Assembly (NCBI GenBank): GCA_026414575.1
Contig: JAOAIS010000001.1
Coordinates: forward strand, 296-64,295
DNA: 64,000 bases
Source: Aquificaceae bacterium
Lineage (GTDB): Bacteria > Aquificota > Aquificia > Aquificales > Aquificaceae
Direction: 5' to 3'
A model generated the notes under the pieces. The model saw nothing but the letters and a program-made list of their open reading frames with translations. It was not told the origin of the DNA and ran no database searches. Position numbers and translations under genes: made by a program. Every line of letters begins with the position of its first letter. Position 1 is the stretch's first letter. This document shows, piece by piece, positions 38,464-47,474 of this stretch.

Positions 38464-39105
38464 TTACAGCAAACTTATCTTTTCTATGTTGCCAAGGACA
38501 ACCAAAATGTCATTTGGTAGTATCTTTTCGTCCCCTGAGGGGTTTGCCATGAGTTTTTCGCCCCTCTTTATGGCAAGCACTGTCATGTCGTGCCTTCTCC
38601 TAAGGTCTAATTCCTTAAGGGTCTTATGGTGTAGCCTCTCCGGTGGTAGCATCTCAAAAATGCTGTAGTTTTCAGCTATGGGTATTTCCTCTATAAAGCC
38701 CCCTACGAGTAATGAGTGGGCAAGCCTTATGGCCATATCCCTCTCTGGATGTATAACCCTGCTTATGCCAAGCCTTTCAAGAACTTTACCGTGTAGTGGA
38801 TTTACCGCCTTGGCTATGATTTCCTTCACCTTCAGCTCCATGAGCTGAACTACCACCAGTATACTTGCCTCTATGTTCTCACCTATGCTAACTATCACCG
38901 TATCCGCGTTGGCTATGCCAGACTCTTTCAGGGCTCTTTCATCCGTGGCGTCCAAGATAAAGGCCTGATGCACAAGTTCCGATATCTGTTTGACCTTTTC
39001 CTCGTCTATGTCGCAGGCTATAACCTCTGCACCGCCCTCCGCTAGGGTTTTCGCCACATTAAAGCCGAACCTACCAAGGCCTATAACCCCAAAAACCCTC
39101 TTCAT
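38464..39105 (-). CDS. ktrA: KtrA/TrkA potassium uptake regulatory subunit
   Basis: VIGLGRFG, HPERDMA, C-terminal RCK_C domain. Confidence 0.92.
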   Translation of the reverse strand: MKRVFGVIGLGRFGFNVAKTLAEGGAEVIACDIDEEKVKQISELVHQAFILDATDERALKESGIANADTVIVSIGENIEASILVVVQLMELKVKEIIAKAVNPLHGKVLERLGISRVIHPERDMAIRLAHSLLVGGFIEEIPIAENYSIFEMLPPERLHHKTLKELDLRRRHDMTVLAIKRGEKLMANPSGDEKILPNDILVVLGNIEKISLL

Positions 39106-40430
39106 AGAAGTAGCCTTGCCTCCGGTAGCCTCACATGGCTTGGTCTTTCCTTGCCAACAAGAGCTATCATAAAGCCAAGCACTCCAACCCTGCCCGTTAT
39201 CATGGTAAGAATTATAAGGCTTTTGCCAAGGGCAGAAAAATCGCCCGAGAGGCTAAGACCTTGAGGATTTCCCAGAGAAAGGCCAACGGTGGCAAAGGCA
39301 GAGACTACTTCAAAGAGGGCGGGGATTAGTCTTATGCCTTCTACTTCCGCAAGTAGGACCGCCATGAGGGTGTTGTAGGCAAAGGCAAGACTTAGAATAA
39401 CCATGGCCCTGTGCACCTGAGCGTCTATTAGCCTTCTTCCGAGGACTACCACCTCAGGCTTTCCCCTTATGTAGGACAAGACCGCAAGGAAGACAACCAC
39501 CGCTGTCACCGTTTTTATGCCCCCACCCGTGCCACCGGGCGAGGCACCCACGAACATAAGGTTTATCAGCACAAACTGGGATGCCTCGGAAAGCTCGGAT
39601 ATATCCAAGGTATTAAAGCCTGCAGTCCTTGCCGATATGCTATGAAAAAGGCTTGCCAGAATCTTTTCCACGAAGGAAAACTTCTGAGATCTCCATAAGT
39701 CAATAAATAGTAGTAAGGAGCCAGATGTGGTAAGCAGAATGGAGGAAATAAGCACTAACTTTGTATGGGTAGAAAGTCTCTTTAGGTCACCTCTTGCGTA
39801 CAGGATAAACTCGTAAATCACATAAAAACCAAGTCCACCAAGGATTACGAGAAAGCCTACGACCACATTCACCCAGATGTCTCCTCTGAAGTCTGTAAGG
39901 TTGTTGGAAAAAGTGGAAAAGCCCGCATTGTTGAAGGCGGAAACCGAGTGAAAAAGGCTTGCAAAGAGAGCCTCTGCAGGGTCTTTGAGGTGAAATAAGA
40001 AAGAAGGGAAAAGGGCAAGGGCGCCTATCAGCTCTACGAAGAATATTATGGGCATCATCCTTCTTACGAACCTCACAAGCCCGTGCATGCTTGGATAATT
40101 GAGAGACTCGGCCATTATAAGCCTTTCTCGGAGACCGAGCTTTTTTCTAAGCACTATAAGAAAGTAGGTGGTAAAGGTCATGTAGCCGAGCCCACCCAGC
40201 TGTATGAGGGATAGCACCACCAACTTCCCCCATATGGTAAGGTCCTTTTCCGTGTCCAAGACCACAAGGCCAGTAACGGTGGTAGCGGATGTGGCGGTAA
40301 ACAGGGCATCCAGATAGCCTACCTCTCTCCTGACGCAGAAGGGCATGTAAAGAAGCAAAGACCCTACCAGTATCACTCCCAGATAAGAAAAAAGAAGTAT
40401 TCGGTGAGGTGTCCACTCAAAGCCCCTCAT
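39102..40430 (-). CDS. ktrB: KtrB/TrkH potassium uptake membrane subunit
   Basis: ATTVTGL, AFNNAGFS, ARTAGFN, GASPGGTGGGIK, AFATVGLS pore loops. Confidence 0.94.
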   Translation of the reverse strand: MRGFEWTPHRILLFSYLGVILVGSLLLYMPFCVRREVGYLDALFTATSATTVTGLVVLDTEKDLTIWGKLVVLSLIQLGGLGYMTFTTYFLIVLRKKLGLRERLIMAESLNYPSMHGLVRFVRRMMPIIFFVELIGALALFPSFLFHLKDPAEALFASLFHSVSAFNNAGFSTFSNNLTDFRGDIWVNVVVGFLVILGGLGFYVIYEFILYARGDLKRLSTHTKLVLISSILLTTSGSLLLFIDLWRSQKFSFVEKILASLFHSISARTAGFNTLDISELSEASQFVLINLMFVGASPGGTGGGIKTVTAVVVFLAVLSYIRGKPEVVVLGRRLIDAQVHRAMVILSLAFAYNTLMAVLLAEVEGIRLIPALFEVVSAFATVGLSLGNPQGLSLSGDFSALGKSLIILTMITGRVGVLGFMIALVGKERPSHVRLPEARLLL

Positions 40431-41345
40431 CCATCCATAAATTTTAAACCCATGCGTTAGTCAAGAGAATTACAAGCTTATGCGGGAAGTTTTTTAAAGT
40501 CCTCCCACAAGGTATTTATTCAAGCTCAAAATCGCCAGTAGTCAAAACCCGTGTAGGAATAGGGAAGGTGGGAAGTTTTTTGACAGGTGTTGTGCTCTTG
40601 GTCTCTTTTAAAGGAAGCAGTTTTTAAAGGTTTTACTTTCGTGTTGTTGTGACGGCCTTGCGTCAGAGTAGCCTGCAGCGGGGATATGGTGTGCAGGCAA
40701 GGACAAGACTCCTTACGGTTGCTCTTTGGTAAGGCCATCATTTGCGCGAGGATTGTCAAAGTCTTAAGAAAATGGCTTGAGGGCTAAGTTTTGTTTTCTC
40801 CGCACTACTGTAGGTGCCTTATAACTACAGCACCACAAGACTAATGAGGACAGCTTGAGGGTATCACCCTGCTTGTACAGCCCCAAAGACGAAAAGAAGC
40901 TCTTCGCCCAAAAGCTCTCCCTTCATAATTTTTCACATTGCGTCTTTGCACTCCGCCCCCTGCCATCTTTTAAACACAACTCTTAATCTTTATGTCCGTT
41001 GCCAAAGGAGCCTTTTCTAAGCCTTTTATTCTTATGTGGTGTTTTTTGTTTAGCTCCCTATGTGCTGTATGCCTTAAAATCAGCGGTTTTCTGCCGTAGA
41101 ATTTGGCGGTAGCATTCCGAATTTGAAAACACTGGCGGATGTTTGTCTGTAGGGCAGTGGATATGTTTTATGAAGGACATAAAAACAACGCACAAAGACA
41201 TTCGGTATCTTCCTTGTCTTTGTCTTGAAGTTATGCAAGAATTTTACCCTTCTTACCAGTTTTGCTGTTTACCATTTCCAGCTTCTGCCTTCGACGGGAT
41301 GAGCTTTTGTGGGCATGTTGGGTACAGCTCATAAATTTTAAAGCT

Positions 41346-42311
41346 ATGGAGCTGGAAAGACTTGTGGAGGAGCGCCTTCTGCATTCAGGATTGAAACCAA
41401 AGGAAGTCAACCTAAGGTCTATTTTGCTGGAGCTGAGGGCATGGCTCAGACCCTCCGTAGAAGGCTCGGGTATAGTAAGGACTGCGGGATTTGACTACAC
41501 TCTAATTCACCCCCAATACGGAGAGCCCTACCACAGCCTTACCGCCGGTGCAGTTATGGAGTGCTTGCAGAAGTTCCTTATGCCCTCGGGTATCTTGCAG
41601 AGGGCGAAGAACATAAGGAGGTTACGCCTTCTGGATGTGGGTTTTGGCCTTGGTTACAACGTGGTTGTGGCTCTTAAAAGGCTAAAGGATATAAATCCAA
41701 AGCTGGAAATAGAAGTTCTCTCTTTAGATAAGGAACTGCCAGAAAACATACCACCCCCACCAGAGGAGTTTAGGGAACTCCATGGAAAGATTCTTGACAG
41801 TCTACCCAACTTTGAGGGGAATGGTATAAGCTTGAAATTATTCATCGGTGATGCAAGGAAAACAATAAAAGAAATAAGTTCCTTCAAAGCCCACGCGGTT
41901 TTTCATGATGCCTTTTCGCCCTACAAGAACCCAGAGCTGTGGAGTCTTCAGTTCCTCGCGGAAATAAAAAGACTTATGAGAAGGGATGGCGTATGGGTTT
42001 CCTACACCTCTTCCCTTCCAGTCCGTAAGGCATTAAAGGGGCTTGGTTTTAAACTATCTTCCACCACAAGCCTTGGGAGAAAAAGGAAAGGCACAAGGGC
42101 GAGCCTTGTAGGCAGGGAGGAGCTCGAAGAAAAGGAAAGGCTTAAGCTGTTCAAGTCACCCTACGCCATACCTCTATTAGACCCTGACTTTAGTAGAAAG
42201 CCCATTGAAATACTCGTGGATTACCGAGTGAGGGTGGAGCTTCTTAAAGTGGCCCAGGGCGGGGTCGAACCGCCGACACCACGGTTTTCAGCCGTGTGCT
42301 CTACCAACTGA
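41346..42311 (+). CDS. mnmD: MnmC2/MnmD-type tRNA mnm5s2U34 methyltransferase
   Basis: YGEPYHS, LDVGFGLGYN, GDAR, HDAFSPYKNPELW, LGRKR; start ATG 41346. Confidence 0.88.
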   Translation: MELERLVEERLLHSGLKPKEVNLRSILLELRAWLRPSVEGSGIVRTAGFDYTLIHPQYGEPYHSLTAGAVMECLQKFLMPSGILQRAKNIRRLRLLDVGFGLGYNVVVALKRLKDINPKLEIEVLSLDKELPENIPPPPEEFRELHGKILDSLPNFEGNGISLKLFIGDARKTIKEISSFKAHAVFHDAFSPYKNPELWSLQFLAEIKRLMRRDGVWVSYTSSLPVRKALKGLGFKLSSTTSLGRKRKGTRASLVGREELEEKERLKLFKSPYAIPLLDPDFSRKPIEILVDYRVRVELLKVAQGGVEPPTPRFSAVCSTN

Positions 42312-42322
42312 GCTACCGGGCC
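42250..42322 (-). tRNA. tRNA-Phe (GAA), CCA not encoded
   Basis: GGCCCGGTAGCTCAGTTGGTAGAGCACACGGCTGAAAACCGTGGTGTCGGCGGTTCGACCCCGCCCTGGGCCA folds as a cloverleaf with anticodon loop CTGAAAA. Confidence 0.97.
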
Positions 42323-42338
42323 TCCTGTGTTATTAAAT

Positions 42339-42348
42339 ATTATATACT
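42339..42348. promoter_or_regulatory. Overlapping divergent -10 boxes for tRNA-Phe (TATAAT, minus) and the cytochrome gene (TATACT, plus)
   Basis: ATTATATACT in the 39-nt gap. Confidence 0.5.
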
Positions 42349-42361
42349 CTGAGGAGGTAAA

Positions 42362-43270
42362 ATGGTAGCCCCTTTTTTGTTGTTTTTTGTCTTTCTGGTA
42401 AGCTCCTGCGGGGATATTTTAGTGGAGGAGGACCTCCTTAAGAGGCCTCAGGCAAAGAGATGTTCAGACTGTCATAGTGAGATATTCAAAGAGTGGGAAA
42501 AGAGCAGGCATGCCTTAGCCTGGAAAAGTGAAAAGTTCAGGCTTGAGAGCGAAAACCATACAAAGGTCAAGTGTCTATCTTGTCACGCCCCCCATCAGGT
42601 GGACCCTCAGATAAAGCCAGCCCTGCGAGTAGAGTTCAAAGAAGATGGTGTCTCCTGCGTTGCCTGCCACTTTAAAGAGGAAACAAGGGCAATGCATGGG
42701 CCCCACAAGGTTTGGTCGCCACCGCATCCTTCTAGGCAGGACTTTAACTACACAAAGGCCTTTTTCTGCGCCGGATGCCATCAGGAGACTTACAAAGAGT
42801 GGCACCTCACAAAGACTCAAAAATCCTGTCAGGATTGTCATATGCCTTCTGTGGGTGAGAAGAGGCTTGTTCAAAAGTTTCCCTTTGAATACTTCCACAG
42901 CAAAAAACCAAGGCATGACCATAGCTTTCCTGCAGGGAAGGCAAAGCCTGAGGACATCCTGGTTGAGCTTGAAAGGGGCGAACCTCTCAGACTCAAGATA
43001 ACTAATGTAGGCGTGCCTCACAATTTACCAACCGCAGACCAGGGAGACCCCAAGCTTTACATAGTGGTAGATGCAAGCTTATCAAACGGTGAGAAATCCA
43101 GAATGGTAAAGGTGCTTTCCTATCAAGCAAAGAATGCCCTCCTTTATGGAGTGCCTACCTATGTAGACCTGCCTTGGCAAGGAGTGGAAGCCCTAAGGGT
43201 AAGTTTACAAAGAAAGCTAAGCTGGAAGGAAGAGCGAGAGGAGATACTTAGTATTAAAATTAGTCTATAA
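42362..43270 (+). CDS. Pentahaem c-type cytochrome lipoprotein (c554-like)
   Basis: Lipobox-like VSSC; five CxxCH motifs (CSDCH, CLSCH, CVACH, CAGCH, CQDCH); HNLPT C-terminal domain. Confidence 0.88.
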   Translation: MVAPFLLFFVFLVSSCGDILVEEDLLKRPQAKRCSDCHSEIFKEWEKSRHALAWKSEKFRLESENHTKVKCLSCHAPHQVDPQIKPALRVEFKEDGVSCVACHFKEETRAMHGPHKVWSPPHPSRQDFNYTKAFFCAGCHQETYKEWHLTKTQKSCQDCHMPSVGEKRLVQKFPFEYFHSKKPRHDHSFPAGKAKPEDILVELERGEPLRLKITNVGVPHNLPTADQGDPKLYIVVDASLSNGEKSRMVKVLSYQAKNALLYGVPTYVDLPWQGVEALRVSLQRKLSWKEEREEILSIKISL

Positions 43271-43364
43271 TTTTTTCTTATAAACTTATAAGTATTTGTT
43301 AATAACACCTACAGAAGGAGTTTTTTAAATATTTTGTTGTATTATAGGAAGAGGAGGTATATAA

Positions 43365-44147
43365 ATGGCACAACATGAGGTGCACCACCATCTGGGAGAG
43401 CACGAGTACAGTTATTGGCCTTTGCCAGTAGGCATTGCCGTCCTGCTGGTCCCCCTAACCTTTATAGCCCTTATGGTGTGGCAAAACCCTATGCTGGCTA
43501 TCCTATTTGGAGGGGTCAGCCTAGTGCTCTTTGTTTTGGGAATAGCCGGGTGGATAAGGGAGTTTTTCTCAAAGGGTCATGAAGAAGGGCTTGGTATGCC
43601 AGCCATGATGTTTTTTATCGTCTCTGAAGTGGTCATTTTCGGAACTATGTTTGCGGGCTTTTACATGGCAAGGGCAACCCATGCGGAGGTATGGCCCCAA
43701 TGGGTTCCAAAAGACATGAACTTGACAATACCCCTTATACTTACCTTTATCCTGTGGGCTTCCAGCGCTACCATAGCAATAGCTGAAAAGCTCTTCGATA
43801 CGGGCAGAAACATACTTTCCGCCATCTTTGTGCTTCTTACTATAGCTCTTGGGTCTGCCTTTACGGTCATACACGTGATGGAATGGCTCCACCTTTGGCA
43901 CGGAGGTTTTACCCTCAGTTCCAACATGTATGGAACTGGTTTTTACATGCTAACCGGCATACACACATCCCACATAATTGTGGGGCTTCTTACCATGTTG
44001 GTGGCCATATACCTCTTGCTGAGTGGTAAAGCAGGCGAGCACAAGGGCCATACCTACATAAAGGCCATAACCCTGTACTGGCACTTTGTTGACATCATGT
44101 GGCTACTTGTGGCAAGCAGCGCATACCTTATAGGAAGTCTGGCATGA
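43365..44147 (+). CDS. coxC: Cytochrome c oxidase subunit III
   Basis: SYWP, FIVSEVVIF, FYMLTGIHTSH, YWHFVDIMW. Confidence 0.95.
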   Translation: MAQHEVHHHLGEHEYSYWPLPVGIAVLLVPLTFIALMVWQNPMLAILFGGVSLVLFVLGIAGWIREFFSKGHEEGLGMPAMMFFIVSEVVIFGTMFAGFYMARATHAEVWPQWVPKDMNLTIPLILTFILWASSATIAIAEKLFDTGRNILSAIFVLLTIALGSAFTVIHVMEWLHLWHGGFTLSSNMYGTGFYMLTGIHTSHIIVGLLTMLVAIYLLLSGKAGEHKGHTYIKAITLYWHFVDIMWLLVASSAYLIGSLA

Positions 44148-44941
44148 GGTTTATGCTTCTTTTTCTCTTCATAACACCCTTGCTTTTTGCGAGGGAGCCT
44201 TACCAATATGGTAGGTATACAAGCTATTATGGCGAGCAGGATGTTAGCGTAGTAAGAATTCAGGAAGACCTATACATAGGCAAGAAGGTGGCTGATGTAA
44301 AAGTAAAAACCTTAGGGGGAGAGGTAAATCTGACAGACTTTATTGCTGGTAAACCTACCGCTCTTCTCTTTGCCTATTACACTTGCGATACCGTATGTCC
44401 GACTACCGCCGAAAATCTCTTTAAAATTTCAAGAAACCTATCAAAGGACTATCGCTATGTGGTTCTATCCTTCGATGATAAGGATACTTTAGAGAGCATG
44501 AGGCAGTTCATGTTGAAGAACTTCCGTACTACAGAGCTTCCAGAAAATTGGCTTGTAGGTATTTTGTCAAAGGAAGACATAAGGAGGCTCACGGTTTCTG
44601 TTGGATATAAGTTCTATTACATAGAGAGGGATAAGATTTTCATACACTCTAACGCCACCTTGTTCCTGTCCCCCGATGCTAAAGTGATGCGGTACTTGTA
44701 CGGGCCTTTTCCAAAGGAGAGGGATGTTAAGCTTGCCTTTATAGACGCTCAAAGGGAAAGCCCTTCCATAAACAGGATAGTTGACCTTGCGGTGCTTGCT
44801 TGCTACCGCTACGACCATGTGCGCAGCAGGTATGTAATAGACCCCACCCTTATCTTTGCAGGTATTGGGATGCTAGGTCTTGTAACCACCTTTTCCCTTG
44901 CGTACTTTTATAACAGACATAGAAAGGAGGTGCGCCTATGA
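44144..44941 (+). CDS. SCO1/SenC copper chaperone
   Basis: YYTCDTVCP (CxxxC), FIHS, RYLYG; start ATG 44144. Confidence 0.9.
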   Translation: MRFMLLFLFITPLLFAREPYQYGRYTSYYGEQDVSVVRIQEDLYIGKKVADVKVKTLGGEVNLTDFIAGKPTALLFAYYTCDTVCPTTAENLFKISRNLSKDYRYVVLSFDDKDTLESMRQFMLKNFRTTELPENWLVGILSKEDIRRLTVSVGYKFYYIERDKIFIHSNATLFLSPDAKVMRYLYGPFPKERDVKLAFIDAQRESPSINRIVDLAVLACYRYDHVRSRYVIDPTLIFAGIGMLGLVTTFSLAYFYNRHRKEVRL

Positions 44942-45654
44942 AGGAAGTACTTGCCTATCCTGCCAATTATTGGCAGACCATGTATGAAATCTGGCTATTT
45001 ATATCGGTAATCATCTACTTAGTGGTATTTATACCAGCCGCTTATTTTCTGGTTAAATACAGGTATAAAAAGGGTATAAACGAAAAAGCCCAGCATGCAA
45101 AAGAAAGCAAAGCCCTTGAAGTGCTTTGGACAATAATACCCACCATAGTGGTTATATACTTAGCCACCCAAAGCTTCGCCTTCTATAGGGTGCAGAGAAA
45201 TGCTCCAGAAGGTGCTATGGAGATAAAGGTGACCGCCTTCATGTGGGGTTGGGAGTTTGAATATCCAAATGGCAAGAAAGTTTTCTCCTTCTTTAACGGC
45301 GTTGTTGATCCTGAAAAGAATGTCTACTTGACACCAGAAAAGGTAAACGACATGTTTAAAGCCTACATACCAGCAGGGACACCCATCAAGGTTCTACTTA
45401 CCTCAAGAGATGTTATACACTCCTTCTATGTACATCCCGCAAAGGTTACAGAGGATGCCGTGCCTGGTAGGATAACCCATATGTGGTTCCAAGTAAACAA
45501 GGAAGGTGAATACTGGGTTTTTTGCAGAGAGTACTGTGGTACTCAGCATTCCAAGATGGCTGCGGTGCTAAAGGTTGTACCAAAGGAAGAGTTTGAAAAA
45601 TGGTTGAACCAGGGTGTGCAGACGCAAAACATTACTGATAGACAAAATTTATAA
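44938..45654 (+). CDS. coxB: Cytochrome c oxidase subunit II
   Basis: LEVLWTIIP, DVIHSF, CREYCGTQHSKM CuA motif. Confidence 0.96.
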   Translation: MKEVLAYPANYWQTMYEIWLFISVIIYLVVFIPAAYFLVKYRYKKGINEKAQHAKESKALEVLWTIIPTIVVIYLATQSFAFYRVQRNAPEGAMEIKVTAFMWGWEFEYPNGKKVFSFFNGVVDPEKNVYLTPEKVNDMFKAYIPAGTPIKVLLTSRDVIHSFYVHPAKVTEDAVPGRITHMWFQVNKEGEYWVFCREYCGTQHSKMAAVLKVVPKEEFEKWLNQGVQTQNITDRQNL

Positions 45655-45669
45655 AGGAGGTGCATTGCC

Positions 45670-47289
45670 ATGGCCGCAGTAAGCTACAAACCCTACTTCA
45701 GCGCTGGCCTAAAGGAATGGATATTTACCACAGACCACAAAAAGATAGGGATTATGTATGGAGTAACTAGCCTAATCTTTTTCTTAGTAGCGGGGCTTTC
45801 TGCCTTAGCCATCAGACTTGAACTATACCAGCCAGGTCTCCAGTACATGTCTGAGGATGCATACAACAAAGCCCTGACCATACACGGCGTGCTTATGCAA
45901 TTCTGGTGGGCCGTAGCCATATGGGGCTCTTTTGGTAACTATTTACTTCCCCTTATGATAGGGGCAAGGGATGTGGCTTTCCCAAGACTTAATGCTCTGA
46001 GCTACTGGTTTTTCTTTGCGGCAAGCGTTCTTGCTCTCATTACCCTTTTGCCCGGTAACCACATAAGGATGCTATGGACTGGCTATCCGCCCTTCTCACT
46101 AAACGACAACGCAGGACCTGTTGCCTTCTATGCCCTTATAATACATATGCTTGGTGCATCTTCTCTTGCCAGTGCCATAAACCTTGTAGTGACAAACCTA
46201 ACTATGAGAGCTCCGGGTGTGACCCTAAAGAAGATGAACCTTTTCTTGCACTCCTTTCTTGCTATGAACGTAATCCAGATACTTGGAGTTCCTGCCCTTG
46301 CTGGCGCAGTTACCATGCTACTCATGGATAAATACTTCCAAACAGCCTTTTTTGACCCAACAAGGGGTGGTGACCCACTTCTTTACCAAAACCTCTTCTG
46401 GTTTTACTCACATCCAGTAGTTTATGTGATGATACTGCCAGCCTTTGGTCTCATATCGGAGATGATAGCGGTATTTTCCCGTAGGGAAATATTTGGTAGG
46501 ACTTCCATGATTATAGCCATATGGGGCATAGCCATACTTGGCTTTATGGTGTGGATACATCACCTATTTACAAGTGGTGTGCCAGACTGGATAAGGATAC
46601 TCTTCTCCTACACTACAGTTCTTATAGGTGTGCCCACCGGCATAAAAATATTTAACTGGGTATTCACCTTATACAAGGGTTCTGTAAGGTTTACAACCCC
46701 CATGCTATACACATTAAGTTCCATATTCATGTTTCTGATAGGTGGCCTAACTGGTATACCTCTGGGGCTTCCGGCCTTTGACATAGGAGTTCATGATTCC
46801 CACTTTGTAGTAGCCCACTTCCACTATGTGCTTGGTATGGCTCTTACCCTGGCTGTCTTTGGGGGGTTCCACTACTGGTATCCCAAGTTTACAGGCAGGA
46901 TGTATAATGAGCTCTGGGCAAAGATAGCCCTTGTTCTTGTCATGATAGGCTCAAACCTCTTCTACTTCCTGCAGTTTATCGTGGGCCTTGAGGGTATGCC
47001 CAGAAGGTATGCGGATTATCCAGCTATAGAGAGCTGGATAAGGCTTCACGAGCTCCAGACCATAGGTTCCATGATATTGGGCTTTGGAGTTATATTGGCC
47101 ATTGCAAACCTCGTGTTTTCCACTAAGATTGGCAAAAAGGCAGAGGACAATCCTTGGCAGTCACCATCTCTTGAGTGGCTTATTCCGTCACCACCTCCTC
47201 CCCACAATTTTGACAAGATACCCCATATGCCCGAGGATTGGGATCCGTACCACTACGAATGGCTCGAAAAACAACATAAGAAGCATTGA
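45670..47289 (+). CDS. coxA: Cytochrome c oxidase subunit I, type A2
   Basis: TTDHKKIG, WFYSHPVVY (YS motif), VWIHHLF, VAHFHY, GMPRRY. Confidence 0.97.
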   Translation: MAAVSYKPYFSAGLKEWIFTTDHKKIGIMYGVTSLIFFLVAGLSALAIRLELYQPGLQYMSEDAYNKALTIHGVLMQFWWAVAIWGSFGNYLLPLMIGARDVAFPRLNALSYWFFFAASVLALITLLPGNHIRMLWTGYPPFSLNDNAGPVAFYALIIHMLGASSLASAINLVVTNLTMRAPGVTLKKMNLFLHSFLAMNVIQILGVPALAGAVTMLLMDKYFQTAFFDPTRGGDPLLYQNLFWFYSHPVVYVMILPAFGLISEMIAVFSRREIFGRTSMIIAIWGIAILGFMVWIHHLFTSGVPDWIRILFSYTTVLIGVPTGIKIFNWVFTLYKGSVRFTTPMLYTLSSIFMFLIGGLTGIPLGLPAFDIGVHDSHFVVAHFHYVLGMALTLAVFGGFHYWYPKFTGRMYNELWAKIALVLVMIGSNLFYFLQFIVGLEGMPRRYADYPAIESWIRLHELQTIGSMILGFGVILAIANLVFSTKIGKKAEDNPWQSPSLEWLIPSPPPPHNFDKIPHMPEDWDPYHYEWLEKQHKKH

Positions 47290-47321
47290 AAATCATGGGC
47301 GCTCGCGCCCCTTTATTCAAC

Positions 47322-47474
47322 ATGAGGAAAAACCTTCTGCTTATTGGACTTATTTTTCTGGTGTTGGGCTCTTTCCTTTTGAGCGTCCTGTATTTTAGCG
47401 ATCCTCAACACAGAAAGGATAAGATAGAACACTATAAAGAAAAAATAGATAAACGTCTTCGCAAGTCTCAATAG
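47322..47474 (+). CDS. Small single-TM protein after coxA
   Basis: MRKNLLLIGLIFLVLGSFLLSVLYF then a charged tail; start uncertain (47286, 47295 or 47322). Confidence 0.5.
   Translation: MRKNLLLIGLIFLVLGSFLLSVLYFSDPQHRKDKIEHYKEKIDKRLRKSQ

Noticed and set aside
40431-40700. c-di-AMP (ydaO) riboswitch before ktrB
   Set aside because: The conserved GCTGAA, GGGGGA and GTCAGCTAAC-type segments were not found on the minus strand
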